Shown: positions 16,526 through 26,794, numbered from the stretch's first letter. The stretch: DNA of 55,978 nt from Candidatus Altiarchaeota archaeon (GCA_043800705.1 JAZDMS010000043.1:1-55978), one strand, 5' to 3'. Translations and numbers: made by a program. Notes: a model not told the origin generated them from the sequence alone.

Positions 16526-17191
16526 ATGGATATACTAGTCTGCGGAGTCGACGAAGCCGGCCGCGGACCGGTCGTCGGCCCCCTAGTCCTCGGCTGCGTC
16601 CTCGTCGACGGCAACGGCGCCAAGAAACTCAGGGAACTTAAAGTCAGAGACAGCAAGAAGCTCACGCCATCCAGAAGGGAGCACCTGGAGCCCCTGATCA
16701 AATCCATCGCAGTAGAATGGCGGGTCCTGCCCATCTCGCCCGCTGACATAGACCGTCTCAGAAAAAGCCGTTCACTGAACGTGATCGAGGCCCAGAAGAC
16801 CGCCCAAATGATAATCTCCCTCGAAAACAGGCCCTCAAAGATAATCATCGACGCAGCCGACGCAGTCGAAGCCAACTACGACCGGAAGATAAGGGAGTCC
16901 CTCGAGGCGGCCTGCCCCGGCTATCATATAGACGAACTCGTATGCGAGCACAAGGCCGACGACAACTACGTCGAAGTCTCCGCCGCATCGGTCCTCGCCA
17001 AGGTCGCAAGGGACCGCGCAATCGAAGACCTTAAGGGAGAATACGGTGAATTCGGGTCCGGATACCCAAGCGACCCGCGGACGCAGGAATTCGTCAGGAA
17101 GATAATAGCATCTGGAGAATCCCCGGACTGCATCCGCCGAAGCTGGAACACAATGAACCGGCACAGGCAGACCAGCCTAGGAGACTGGTGA
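16526..17191 (+). CDS. rnhB: ribonuclease HII
   Basis: GVDEAGRGPVVG, RDSKKL, HKADD, AASVLAK, GSGYPSDP; PIP box QTSLGDW. Confidence 0.97.
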   Translation: MDILVCGVDEAGRGPVVGPLVLGCVLVDGNGAKKLRELKVRDSKKLTPSRREHLEPLIKSIAVEWRVLPISPADIDRLRKSRSLNVIEAQKTAQMIISLENRPSKIIIDAADAVEANYDRKIRESLEAACPGYHIDELVCEHKADDNYVEVSAASVLAKVARDRAIEDLKGEYGEFGSGYPSDPRTQEFVRKIIASGESPDCIRRSWNTMNRHRQTSLGDW

Positions 17192-17213
17192 TATTTATAA
17201 GCCCCTCCGATAT

Positions 17214-18458
17214 ATGATACCCAAAATGAGGAGCATCATACCCCTGGCAATACTGCTACTGCTTGCCCTTCCAGGCGCCGTTTCAGCCCAGGTTGAGCCA
17301 TCGGCAGCCAACCAGACCGTGAAACTCTACCTCTTCTGGAAAGAAGGCTGCCCCCACTGCGAGGCTGAGCAGGAATTCCTCCAACAGATCAAGCCGAAAT
17401 ACCCGGAACTGGCGGTCTACCAGTATGAGATATCATCCAACCGGCAGATCTTCCAGGAGTTCGCAAGAAGATACAATGCGTCCCCCCAATACGTCCCCGC
17501 CACCTTCATAGGCGACAAATTCATAGGCGGCTTCTCGGACAGCATCGGCAGACAGATAGAGAACCAGATAATCCGCGAACTCGACAAACAGAAAAACGTC
17601 ACCACCTGCCTCCCAGATGAAAATCTCATCGAAATACCGTTCCTAGGGGAACTCGACCCGGCAAGCGTGTCCCTTCCGGTGTTCACGATAGTGATCGGAG
17701 CGCTCGACAGCATCAACCCATGCGCATTCTTCATACTCCTGTTCCTCCTGAGCCTCATGGTCCACGCCCAGTCGAGGACGAGGATGCTCATCATAGGCGT
17801 CACCTTCGTCTTCTTTTCGGGATTCATATACTTCCTCTTCATGGCAGCCTGGCTGAACATGTTCCTCGTACTCGGGCAGGTCGCGCTCATAACCACCCTG
17901 GCGGGCGTCATAGCCCTCGTCATAGGCGGACTCAATGTGAAGGAATTCTTCTTCTTCAAGGAGGGGCCGTCGCTCACGATACCGGACTCGGCAAAACCCA
18001 AGCTGTTCGAGCGGATGCGAAACCTGGTCAGGGCGACGGACTACGCCTCGATGCTCGCTGGCACAGCGGTCCTCGCCATAGCCGCGAACTCGTATGAACT
18101 CCTGTGCACCGCAGGATTCCCCCTCGTATACACCCGCGTCCTGACCCTCAACAACCTCACATCGGGAGAATACTACCTGTACCTAGCCTTCTACAACATC
18201 GTCTACGTCCTGCCGCTTCTTGCCATCGTCCTCATGTTCACATGGACCCTGGGATCGAGGAAACTGAAAGAGGAAGAAGGAAAAGCCCTAAAACTTCTCT
18301 CAGGGATAATGATGGCCCTTTTAGGCTTGATCCTAGTGTTCAATCCAAACCTCCTGAACAACGTCGCAGCCGCAGCCGGCATCCTCGTACTGTCCATCGC
18401 AGCCACGGCGGCGATCTACGCGAAAACAAGGCCGGCAGCCGTTAAAACCACAAGATGA
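17214..18458 (+). CDS. thioredoxin/glutaredoxin domain fused to DsbD/CcdA-like transmembrane domain
   Basis: CPHC; DSINPCAF and ELLCTAG conserved TM cysteines. Confidence 0.85.
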   Translation: MIPKMRSIIPLAILLLLALPGAVSAQVEPSAANQTVKLYLFWKEGCPHCEAEQEFLQQIKPKYPELAVYQYEISSNRQIFQEFARRYNASPQYVPATFIGDKFIGGFSDSIGRQIENQIIRELDKQKNVTTCLPDENLIEIPFLGELDPASVSLPVFTIVIGALDSINPCAFFILLFLLSLMVHAQSRTRMLIIGVTFVFFSGFIYFLFMAAWLNMFLVLGQVALITTLAGVIALVIGGLNVKEFFFFKEGPSLTIPDSAKPKLFERMRNLVRATDYASMLAGTAVLAIAANSYELLCTAGFPLVYTRVLTLNNLTSGEYYLYLAFYNIVYVLPLLAIVLMFTWTLGSRKLKEEEGKALKLLSGIMMALLGLILVFNPNLLNNVAAAAGILVLSIAATAAIYAKTRPAAVKTTR

Positions 18459-18982
18459 GACCCTTGGCCGCTTCGTCTATAGCGCTCCTTCTCATAGCCG
18501 CCTCAACCCCCGTATTTGCGTCATCCCAACAGCAGAACGGGACCGTCACCCTGACGCTCTTCTGGCGCGAAGGATGCGCCCACTGCGAAGAGGAGAAAGA
18601 ATTCCTAACGGGACTCAAAGACAGATACCCTAGCCTCGTCGTCAACGAATACGAGATCGGCGACGAGCCAAACCGCGCACTCTACGAGGAATACGGGCGA
18701 CGATACAATGCAACCCCATCCTTCGTCCCAGGCACCTTCATCGGAGACACCTTCATTCTCGGATACAACAACGAATACCTCATAGGCCGCGACATCGAAG
18801 AGAGGATAAAATGCGAAATCCTCCTGCAGACCGACGGGACCGCATGCACGCCAAGACCGCGAATGGACCTGCCAATCCTCGGCAAAATAGACTACGACAT
18901 CGCAGCATACCTGGCCGCAGCCTTTGCAATAATCGCGGCAGGAACATGGTACCTGTGGAACGAAAGAATAAAGAAAAAATAA
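18455..18982 (+). CDS. membrane-anchored thioredoxin-like protein
   Basis: CAHC; paralogue of the upstream gene's N-terminal domain. Confidence 0.8.
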   Translation: MRPLAASSIALLLIAASTPVFASSQQQNGTVTLTLFWREGCAHCEEEKEFLTGLKDRYPSLVVNEYEIGDEPNRALYEEYGRRYNATPSFVPGTFIGDTFILGYNNEYLIGRDIEERIKCEILLQTDGTACTPRPRMDLPILGKIDYDIAAYLAAAFAIIAAGTWYLWNERIKKK

Positions 18983-19255
18983 TCACAACCTATTCAGCCC
19001 GGTTGTTTCGACTTCGCCAACGCCCTCTATCTTACGTATGGCCTCTTCGATCTCTTCCATGCCGCCCTTCTTGTCGTTCAACAGGATGTTGACTTCCAAG
19101 GCCTTGAGGCCGAATGCGATGGGCTTTATAGTCATGCTATGTATCGCGCACTTGTCTCCCGCCAGCATCTTGACCTTTTCGGCGACCTTTGTCAAATCGA
19201 CGCTGATGTCATCGGGCATTATCCTAAGATTCGCAACGACGTTCCAGTCAGCCAT
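18983..19255 (-). CDS. ef1b: translation elongation factor aEF-1beta
   Basis: LRIMPDD, PIAFGLKAL, IEGVGEVE. Confidence 0.93.
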   Translation of the reverse strand: MADWNVVANLRIMPDDISVDLTKVAEKVKMLAGDKCAIHSMTIKPIAFGLKALEVNILLNDKKGGMEEIEEAIRKIEGVGEVETTGLNRL

Positions 19256-19259
19256 CTTA

Positions 19260-19793
19260 TCACTTCTTCAGCGGCGAGAACCTGACGCTCTTGTTCCCCG
19301 GCAGCTTGTTCACAGCCAGCCTGAGCGCATTCTTTATCTGCTTAACCCTCTGATCATTGGACTCGAACTTGACGGTGAAAATCGTCTGCCCATCAATGAC
19401 CCTAGCAGCCCTGCCGATCGGAGCCCCGAAGGCCTTCCTCATACCCATCGAGACACGGTCCGCACCCGCGCCGGAGGCGGTCACGTTCTGCCTCAGGACA
19501 TGGTGCGGATAAACATTGACCTTGAAATAGTAGTTCGCGAGGCCGATGTCCCTCTCGAGCTTCTTCTGGACGATGATCCTAGCAGCCTCAAGGGCGTTGT
19601 GCCTTACCATGATCTGCTCGTCATAGACTATCTCGGCCTTGGAGTCGTATTCTCCGGCCGGATTGCCCATGTCAAAGTGGACGATCTTGCTCTGCGGAAT
19701 ACCCGTAATATAGGAGTCAGAAGGGCTCCTTGCGACCCTCGTATAGGCCGGACTGTCCCACCTGTAGCATTTTGCAGGGCGTATTGATGCCAT
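19260..19793 (-). CDS. rpl10e: 50S ribosomal protein uL16 (L10e)
   Basis: RPAKCYR, ALEAARI, GAGADRVSMGMRKAFG. Confidence 0.96.
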   Translation of the reverse strand: MASIRPAKCYRWDSPAYTRVARSPSDSYITGIPQSKIVHFDMGNPAGEYDSKAEIVYDEQIMVRHNALEAARIIVQKKLERDIGLANYYFKVNVYPHHVLRQNVTASGAGADRVSMGMRKAFGAPIGRAARVIDGQTIFTVKFESNDQRVKQIKNALRLAVNKLPGNKSVRFSPLKK

Positions 19794-19865
19794 GTTTAAA
19801 CCTCAAAATATGAGGAATAATATACGTCACAATCCTTTATAAGTTGAAAACCACATCGTTCTACT

Positions 19866-20432
19866 ATGGTCGGAGCCGAACCCAGCTTCAGCGAAATCCA
19901 CCTACATCGGACCCTCTACATCCTCGACACAGACACAACCGGCAGGAAGAAGCTAGTGAAGGCACTAGGCCTCGGCGAAGGAAGCGTACGGACGATAATC
20001 AAGAGACTCGCACAAGAAGGGCTCATAGCATCGACAAAACAGGGACACAACCTGACCCCTAAAGGGCGGCAGACAGTGGCCGACAACATCAGAAACCTCG
20101 CAAAACCCGTACAATTCGACCTCGGCGGCCTGGTCGCTGGATCGCAATCGCTGATCGTCGTCTCCGGGGGATCATCATCCACCATCAGTCCAGTATCCAT
20201 ACGGGACGCAGCCCTCAAGGCAGGAGCGGACGGAGCGCTAATATTCACATTCGACGGATCATTCAAGCTCCCCGGCATCGATTTGGAAAAATATCCAGAA
20301 ACCCTAAACCGGCTAAAAACCCTAAAAATAATGCCCAAAGACGCAGTAGTCGTCGGCTTCGGATCAACGCCCCAAAATGCAGAAGACGGAGCGTTTGCAG
20401 CAGCCTTCAAACTGATGAAAAGAGTCTCATAG
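19866..20432 (+). CDS. winged-helix protein with DUF4443-like C-terminus
   Basis: GRKKLVKALGLGEGSVRT; IRDAALKAGADGA. Confidence 0.75.
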   Translation: MVGAEPSFSEIHLHRTLYILDTDTTGRKKLVKALGLGEGSVRTIIKRLAQEGLIASTKQGHNLTPKGRQTVADNIRNLAKPVQFDLGGLVAGSQSLIVVSGGSSSTISPVSIRDAALKAGADGALIFTFDGSFKLPGIDLEKYPETLNRLKTLKIMPKDAVVVGFGSTPQNAEDGAFAAAFKLMKRVS

Positions 20433-20525
20433 ACGCAACTTACAGCCTTTTTTATTGTTTGCCTGCCATAATTCTAATAGTTTCTTCATGTCAGCCAATA
20501 GCCTATTTGTCACTGGGGGGTCGAT

Positions 20526-22274
20526 GTGACCAAGAGGGGGATCATTTTAACATATCTAACCCTCCTACTCCTCTCACAGTGTGTCCTTTCCCTCAAAATC
20601 CCAACCTACATAAGCTTCCAAGGAAAGCTATCCAACTCGTCAAACGGAGACGCATACTACCCCGCATCGGTCAGGCTGACCATAACAAACCAAAGCCAAC
20701 TAACACAGGCCGAATGGGGCCCATACACATACAACGACGTCACCGACAGCCAGGGAGTATTCAGCATCGTCCTCGGACGGGCGAATCAACTAAACCTCAC
20801 CCCCGGATGGCAGTACCAACTTAAAGCAGAAGTCGACATAAACAGCGCCACCTTCAACACCGCAGACCTAACATTCGGAGACCTCAACCCATCAGGCGAC
20901 AGCATCATCATCACAGGAGGAGGACCAAAAGACGCAAGCGAAATCCTCACAACAGACAACGTCACAACAGTACAGGCAGCCCTAGACAACGCAGCCACAG
21001 GCGACATAACAGCAGTCACCACAGCAGCAGAAAGCGGCCTACAAGGCGGCACAGACACAGGCCCAACAACCCTCGCACTACGCACATGCTCCAACGGCCA
21101 AGTCCTGAAAAACCAAAGCGGCGGCTGGGCCTGCGCCGCAGACGACGGAGGAACAACCTACACAGCCCTACTAGAAGGCGGCCTAAACCTCACAGGCAGC
21201 GCATTCCACCTAACAAACCTCTGCACACCAAACCAAATACTAAAAAACCAGACCGGAGGCTGGACATGCGCAAACGACGCCGACACAACCTACACAGCAG
21301 GCGCATCAGGAGGCCTCGAACTATCCGGAACAGTCTTCCGCCTGCTAAGCACATGCTCAGACGGCCAAATACTCAAGAACCAGAGCGGAGGATGGATTTG
21401 CGCAGCCGACGCGACAGGCTCCACAGCCCCAGAAGTAATCAGCAACATCACCGCCCTACAGGCCAACGCCACCGCCCTATGGACCAACGCCACCAACCAG
21501 GATGCCCGCATAAAGACAACCGAGGACAGGTTCGGCACCCTCACCAACGGCATGTGGTGTACCGGCACTGCGACAGGATTCCAGTGTACTTCGTCTGCGC
21601 CTGGTACTGCGGTGGAGGTGATTGCGAACATTACTGCGTTGCAGGCTAATGCGTCGGATCTTTACACTAATGCTACTGGTCAGAATGCGCGGATGTTGGC
21701 TATTGAGTCGGCTGGTTATATTACGGGTGTTCCGGTGGCTTATGTGACGAATATTACTGCGTTGCAGGCTAATGCGTCGGATCTTTACACGAATGCTACT
21801 GGTCAGAATGTGAGGATTGCGGATTTATACACGAATGCTACTGGTCAGAATGCGCGGATGGCAACGTTTGTCTGCGCAATAGGTGGTGGAACTTCCTCAG
21901 TGTTATGTTCCGGGGCAACAAATACAGCTGCCGGCAAATATGCATCTAACCTGGGGGGAAGCACCAATACCGCAAGCGGCGAAAACGCGACCACAGCAGG
22001 CGGCGCAGGCAACATAGCCAGCGGGGCCTACAGTTTCGCGGCAGGCAAGGATGTGAACGTCAACCAGGCCTCCGCAATGGGTCTGGGCCGCAACATCACG
22101 GTGGACAAGGCTGATACGTTGGGTGTCGGTTTCGCTCAGAACATGACCATTTTCGTGAACGCGACCAAGCTGGTCATCACGGACAACAAGGTCCTCTGCT
22201 TCGGAACGAACTGCAATGTCTGCATGTACTGGAATAGCACAGCATTGGTTCAGGAGAGCCCGTGCACTAGGTAG
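20526..22274 (+). CDS. secreted tail-fibre/adhesin-like repeat protein
   Basis: Signal peptide, ISFQGKL, three CxxGQILKNQSGGWxCAxD repeats, NITALQANA coiled-coil repeats, NTASG-type head repeats. Confidence 0.75.
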   Translation: MTKRGIILTYLTLLLLSQCVLSLKIPTYISFQGKLSNSSNGDAYYPASVRLTITNQSQLTQAEWGPYTYNDVTDSQGVFSIVLGRANQLNLTPGWQYQLKAEVDINSATFNTADLTFGDLNPSGDSIIITGGGPKDASEILTTDNVTTVQAALDNAATGDITAVTTAAESGLQGGTDTGPTTLALRTCSNGQVLKNQSGGWACAADDGGTTYTALLEGGLNLTGSAFHLTNLCTPNQILKNQTGGWTCANDADTTYTAGASGGLELSGTVFRLLSTCSDGQILKNQSGGWICAADATGSTAPEVISNITALQANATALWTNATNQDARIKTTEDRFGTLTNGMWCTGTATGFQCTSSAPGTAVEVIANITALQANASDLYTNATGQNARMLAIESAGYITGVPVAYVTNITALQANASDLYTNATGQNVRIADLYTNATGQNARMATFVCAIGGGTSSVLCSGATNTAAGKYASNLGGSTNTASGENATTAGGAGNIASGAYSFAAGKDVNVNQASAMGLGRNITVDKADTLGVGFAQNMTIFVNATKLVITDNKVLCFGTNCNVCMYWNSTALVQESPCTR

Positions 22275-22475
22275 GGCGTATAACGGCGATTTCCGCGATT
22301 CTGGCTGTGATTACTTTTCCTATGCTCTCTACCCATAACTACTTTTAAAGGTCCGGCAAGGTAGTGTATGCGCCTGGGACGGGCCTGGGTGGTTGGCTCA
22401 CAATCCGCTTGGATCCCGGGGTATGGAGAAACCCATGTGGTTTCGATGCGCAGAAGCTGCGCAAGAGGTGAAAAA

Positions 22476-22583
22476 ATGCGAACCCCCCTTAGGAACGTCA
22501 GGGCAGAGATCCAGAAGGCATATATGGAGTGGGACCGGACATACGCCTACGACCAGCTCGGATTCAACCCGAAACTATTCTAA
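22476..22583 (+). CDS. small hypothetical protein (35 aa)
   Basis: GAGGTGA RBS before the ATG; MRTPLRNVRAEIQKAYMEWDRTYAYDQLGFNPKLF. Confidence 0.45.
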   Translation: MRTPLRNVRAEIQKAYMEWDRTYAYDQLGFNPKLF

Positions 22584-22641
22584 CCAACCCCCATATCCCG
22601 GCCCCCTTCTTTATTATTCCGGCGGCATATATGGTACTACG

Positions 22642-23754
22642 ATGAAGCCGCGGGACATACTCATGGACGACGAGACGCTCTTTCGAAGCGAGGAGGTGTT
22701 CGCTCCGGCATACGTCCCGGAGGACTTCATCCATCGCGATGACCAGATCCGGGAGATTTCGCTTTCGCTGAAGCCCGGGCTTCGCGGGATCAACACAGTC
22801 AACACCCTCGTGCATGGTCCGCCGGGCACCGGCAAGACGACTGCCGTGAAATACGTCTTCAACGAGGTCAGGCAGGCGTCCGGGAAGATGGTCGCGGTCT
22901 ACGTCAACTGCGACGACTATAACACCCGCTTCAGCATATTCTCGAGGATCCATGAGGAGGTCATAGGCCATGCGCCGCCTGACACCGGCAAGCCCCTTAG
23001 CGCCGTCAAGGAGAAGGTATTCAAGAAGCTCCAGAAGGATGGGCGGACCTTGGTCGTAGCTTTGGACGAGATCGACCAGCTCTTCCTCAACAACACGATA
23101 GATGCGATCCTGCTCGATCTTCTCAAGGCGCACGCGACCTATGGATACGACAAGGTTGGCATAATAGGGATACTCATAGACGACAGGATAATGCAATCCA
23201 TCGACCCGAAGACATCGAGCGTCTTCAACCCTGTCAAGGTCCATTTTCCTCCCTATAGCCTAAAGGAGGCGCGCGACATCCTTTCGACTAGGGTCAGGTT
23301 TGGCCTCTACGACGGTGTATTGTCTGACGATTTGCTGGGCTACGTGGTCGAGAAGACTGTGGCTGCCGGTGATTTGAGGGTAGGCATAGACCTCATCAGG
23401 CGCAGCGCCCTGTTGGCGGAGAAGGACGCATCGAAGAAGATCACCCGGGAGCATGTCGAGGCGGCGTATGAGCGCGAATCAAAGAACCTGAACCTGAAAA
23501 GGACGGTGGCGGCCTTGGACGAGCCGGAGAAGGCGCTCCTTTCCATCATCGCGGAGGAGGACTGTTTGAGGTCCGGGGAACTCCAGGAGAGGCTGAATAA
23601 GAGGACCGGGACGGGCGTGAAGAAATATAATGAGATGATCGCAAAGCTGGAACATGTGGGCCTGATAGAGACGGTTCCTCTTCCGGGGCGCGGCCAGACG
23701 AGGGAGATACGGCTGAAACACAACTCCACGGACGTCTTGCGGTCTCTGAGCTGA
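22642..23754 (+). CDS. cdc6: Cdc6/Orc1 replication initiator
   Basis: GPPGTGKT Walker A, VALDEID Walker B, GDLRVGIDL sensor, C-terminal winged helix. Confidence 0.95.
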   Translation: MKPRDILMDDETLFRSEEVFAPAYVPEDFIHRDDQIREISLSLKPGLRGINTVNTLVHGPPGTGKTTAVKYVFNEVRQASGKMVAVYVNCDDYNTRFSIFSRIHEEVIGHAPPDTGKPLSAVKEKVFKKLQKDGRTLVVALDEIDQLFLNNTIDAILLDLLKAHATYGYDKVGIIGILIDDRIMQSIDPKTSSVFNPVKVHFPPYSLKEARDILSTRVRFGLYDGVLSDDLLGYVVEKTVAAGDLRVGIDLIRRSALLAEKDASKKITREHVEAAYERESKNLNLKRTVAALDEPEKALLSIIAEEDCLRSGELQERLNKRTGTGVKKYNEMIAKLEHVGLIETVPLPGRGQTREIRLKHNSTDVLRSLS

Positions 23755-23824
23755 TTTGTTGTTTTTCGGCCTAGGCCGAATGATATGTGCCTGCTTTTAT
23801 AGCGTTTAAGTCGAATATTCTCTC

Positions 23825-25246
23825 ATGGATTCAGGAAAGCTTGTGATGGTTCTTTTGCTTACAGCGGCGCTGGCCACTTCAGGGTGCAGCGAAACAGTCC
23901 CTTCGGGCCAAGTCGGTGCTTCAAGCCCCAACGATTCAGGCGGCTTGGAAGTAACGGTATACAACAACAATTTGGGTGTGGTGAAGGAGGGCAGGTCCAT
24001 CGACCTCAGGGACGGGCTCACGTCCTACTCCTTTGAGGGGGTGGCTTCGCAGGTGGATCCGACGAGCGTCAAGCTCAAGTCTGCAGATGGTTCTTTCGCC
24101 GTCTTGGAGCAGAACTACAAGTACGATCTGGTCAGCAAGGAGAAGCTCCTTGAGAAATACATTGGAAAGACAATATCCGGGTTCAAGGTAATGGGGCAGG
24201 CGAAGGAGCCGGTCGACGGCGTGCTCCTTTCGGCGTCGTGGGGTGATTTGATCCTCCAGAGGGCGGACGGCTCGATCGAGGTGGTCTCAGTGAGCGACCT
24301 GATTCTTCCGAGCCTGCCTGAGGGGCTCATAGTCAAGCCGACCCTCGAGTGGCTTTTGACAAACAGGGTAGCCGGCGCCAAGCAGGCCGAGCTCTCGTAT
24401 ATGACTGGGGGAATGAGCTGGTCTGCGGACTATGTAGTCGTAACGAACAAGGACGACGACAGGATGGACCTCAACGGGTGGGTGACGATAACGAACAACG
24501 CAGGCGCGACATTCAAGGATGCGGCTCTGAAGCTGGTGGCGGGCGACGTCAACAGGGTGCAGGCCCCAAGCATGTACGGGGGAAAGGAGATGTATGCCAT
24601 GGAAGATGCGTCGAGTGCGGCCAACCAGTTCCAGGAACAGCAGCTATTCGAATATCACATGTACGATCTCCAGCGGAGGACGACGTTGAACGACAAGCAG
24701 CAGAAGCAGATCAGCCTCCTTGAGGCGAAGAACTCGCCGGTGGAGAAGGAGTACGTCTTCGAAGGCCAGGGCGGCTGGTACAATTATGGATCCACTAACA
24801 CGAAGGTCCAGGTAAAGCTGAACTTCAACAACAGCCAGGCGGGCGGCCTTGGCATGCCTCTGCCAAAGGGCAGGGTGAGGGTATTCAAGGAAGACAGTGC
24901 GGGGAAGCTGCAGTTCGTCGGCGAGGATAGCATTGATCATACCCCCAAAGATGAGACGGTAAGGCTCATTGTAGGCAATGCGTTCGACATAGTCGGGGAA
25001 AGAAAGCAGGTGAAGGTCAACGACCTGGGCTGCCAGTATGAGGTCATCTGGGAGGACACGCTTAGGAACCACAAGGACACTGCTGTGACGGTGACGGTAT
25101 TGGAGAATGCATACTGGGACTGGACCATCACCAGTGAAAACTATCCCCATTTCAAGGAAAGCAACCAAAGGATCAGGTGGAGGATACCTGTGGCGGCCAA
25201 CGGGGAAGCCAAGCTGACATACACCATCCGGTATAACAACTGTTAG
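23825..25246 (+). CDS. DUF4139-domain secreted/lipoprotein
   Basis: LATSGC lipobox-like; VTVYNNNLGVVKE, LSYMTGGMSWSADY, PLPKGRVRVF, IDHTPKDE. Confidence 0.85.
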   Translation: MDSGKLVMVLLLTAALATSGCSETVPSGQVGASSPNDSGGLEVTVYNNNLGVVKEGRSIDLRDGLTSYSFEGVASQVDPTSVKLKSADGSFAVLEQNYKYDLVSKEKLLEKYIGKTISGFKVMGQAKEPVDGVLLSASWGDLILQRADGSIEVVSVSDLILPSLPEGLIVKPTLEWLLTNRVAGAKQAELSYMTGGMSWSADYVVVTNKDDDRMDLNGWVTITNNAGATFKDAALKLVAGDVNRVQAPSMYGGKEMYAMEDASSAANQFQEQQLFEYHMYDLQRRTTLNDKQQKQISLLEAKNSPVEKEYVFEGQGGWYNYGSTNTKVQVKLNFNNSQAGGLGMPLPKGRVRVFKEDSAGKLQFVGEDSIDHTPKDETVRLIVGNAFDIVGERKQVKVNDLGCQYEVIWEDTLRNHKDTAVTVTVLENAYWDWTITSENYPHFKESNQRIRWRIPVAANGEAKLTYTIRYNNC

Positions 25247-25338
25247 CCTATCCTGGGCCCTGCTTCCTTGGCAGGGCCTAAAACCCCTTTTTCCATCCTT
25301 ATAACCCTTTAGGCAAATACAGTTACAGGTGTACTGAT

Positions 25339-25986
25339 ATGGCTCAGCCTCATGTGATTATGGTGACTAAATCCAGCCTGGATTGCAGAGTCGACCAGGA
25401 AAACCCGGATCTGGTCTCTAATCGGCTGGAGGAGGACCGGGTGCAGGGCCTCAGGGCTGATGTGGACGCCATCCTGACCAGTTCGGAGCGGATAATACAG
25501 GAGGATTTGGGCTTCCCCCTCAAGGATCCGAGAGGGCCTGAGCCGGCCATAGTCATCGTCGACAAGAACGCCGACGTTCCCCCTGAAGCGTCGGTCTTCC
25601 GCAATCGCAATAGGAAGGTCCTCCTTGTCACCTGCAAGAAAGCCCATGCCGGCAGGATTAAGAGGATACAGGACATCAGGCCCGACTTGGTCGTCCTGGA
25701 GTTCGGCGAGTTTGCAGTCAACCTGGAGGACATGCTCTGGGACCTCCATCGGGCGGGCCTTAGGACCCTGCTTCTGGAAGGCGACGACGGATTGAACATG
25801 CGGATGCTCGACCGCGGCCTGGTCAACGAAGTCTATTACATGGTCGCCCCCATGTTATTGGGCAAGCCAAACACCGACCTTTTCGAGGACAAGCTGGAGC
25901 GCAGGATAAGCCTCCACCTGGAAGGCATACTCCAATACGGCGACCACGTGGTCCTCCACTACGGCGTAGTCCACCCAAGACGATAA
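25339..25986 (+). CDS. RibD C-terminal (pyrimidine reductase/DHFR-like) domain protein
   Basis: SSLDCRV, LRADVDAIL, LLLEG, GLVNEVYYMVAP. Confidence 0.75.
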   Translation: MAQPHVIMVTKSSLDCRVDQENPDLVSNRLEEDRVQGLRADVDAILTSSERIIQEDLGFPLKDPRGPEPAIVIVDKNADVPPEASVFRNRNRKVLLVTCKKAHAGRIKRIQDIRPDLVVLEFGEFAVNLEDMLWDLHRAGLRTLLLEGDDGLNMRMLDRGLVNEVYYMVAPMLLGKPNTDLFEDKLERRISLHLEGILQYGDHVVLHYGVVHPRR

Positions 25987-25987
25987 T

Positions 25988-26794
25988 TCAACGTTTCCCG
26001 AAGACGTGATAGCTCTCCTTTTCTGATGGATAGGACCCATCCCTTACCTTCTTGATGTATTGGCTCACAGAGTGTTCCGGGCTCTCCCTGTCCCAGAAGT
26101 CGCCGAGGAACTTCGGCGGCCTGCCGTTTGGGAATTTGCTGAAATCCGTCCACCCCAGCAGGTCGTCTAATACTAGGACTTGGCCGTCGGTGCGGGGTCC
26201 GGCGCCTATGCCTATCGTCGGCACGGAGACGGATTCAGTGACCCTTGCTGCGACTTCAGCGTCGGTCAGCTCTATCACGATTGCGAAAACGCCCGCCTTG
26301 TCCAATGCTCTTGCATCGGAGATGAGTCTTTCGGCCTCGGATTCGTCTCTTCCCTCTATGGCGTGTGTCATGTCCGTCTGGGGTGTGTGTCCGATGTGGC
26401 CCATGACGGGGACTCCCGAGCTGATCACAGCCTCGACTATTGAGGCGACCTCCCGCCCGCCTTCGAGCTTCACGGCCTGCGCTCCGGCGCGGATGAGCAC
26501 TCCCGCGTGCTCGAGCGCATCCTGAGCCCTGTCGTATGTGTGGATTGGCATGTCGGCGACTATCAGGGCGTTCGGCCTGGCTGATGCGACTTCTGCGGTG
26601 GCGTCCACCATGTCGTCCAAGGTCACGTATGTGGTGTCCGGGTAACCGAGCCTGACGTTGCCGACGGAGTCGCCGACTAGGATTATGTCGATTCCAAGGG
26701 AGTCAAGAAGCCTGGCGTCTTCGGCGTCGTAGCCTGTCAAAACCGCAATTTTCGTCTCCATTGCCTTTATTTCGGCAGCGGTGCGCAAGGTCAT
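25988..26794 (-). CDS. panB: 3-methyl-2-oxobutanoate hydroxymethyltransferase
   Basis: LTGYD, ILVGDSVG, AVKLEGG, MGHIG, IGIGAG, DGQVLV. Confidence 0.96.
   Translation of the reverse strand: MTLRTAAEIKAMETKIAVLTGYDAEDARLLDSLGIDIILVGDSVGNVRLGYPDTTYVTLDDMVDATAEVASARPNALIVADMPIHTYDRAQDALEHAGVLIRAGAQAVKLEGGREVASIVEAVISSGVPVMGHIGHTPQTDMTHAIEGRDESEAERLISDARALDKAGVFAIVIELTDAEVAARVTESVSVPTIGIGAGPRTDGQVLVLDDLLGWTDFSKFPNGRPPKFLGDFWDRESPEHSVSQYIKKVRDGSYPSEKESYHVFGKR

Noticed and set aside
19038-19787. Long antisense ORFs over conserved genes (e.g. 19038, 28842, 32763, 50395)
   Set aside because: Shadow frames expected in GC-rich coding DNA
20526-22274. Prophage tail-fibre gene
   Set aside because: It has a signal peptide and no neighbouring viral genes
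22275-22641. Replication origin next to cdc6
   Set aside because: No repeated ORB-like motifs or extended AT-rich unwinding element seen
22393-22641. N-terminal extension of Cdc6 in the ORF track (likewise for infB, pth2 and pfkB)
   Set aside because: Family similarity begins at downstream starts; the extensions overlap other features
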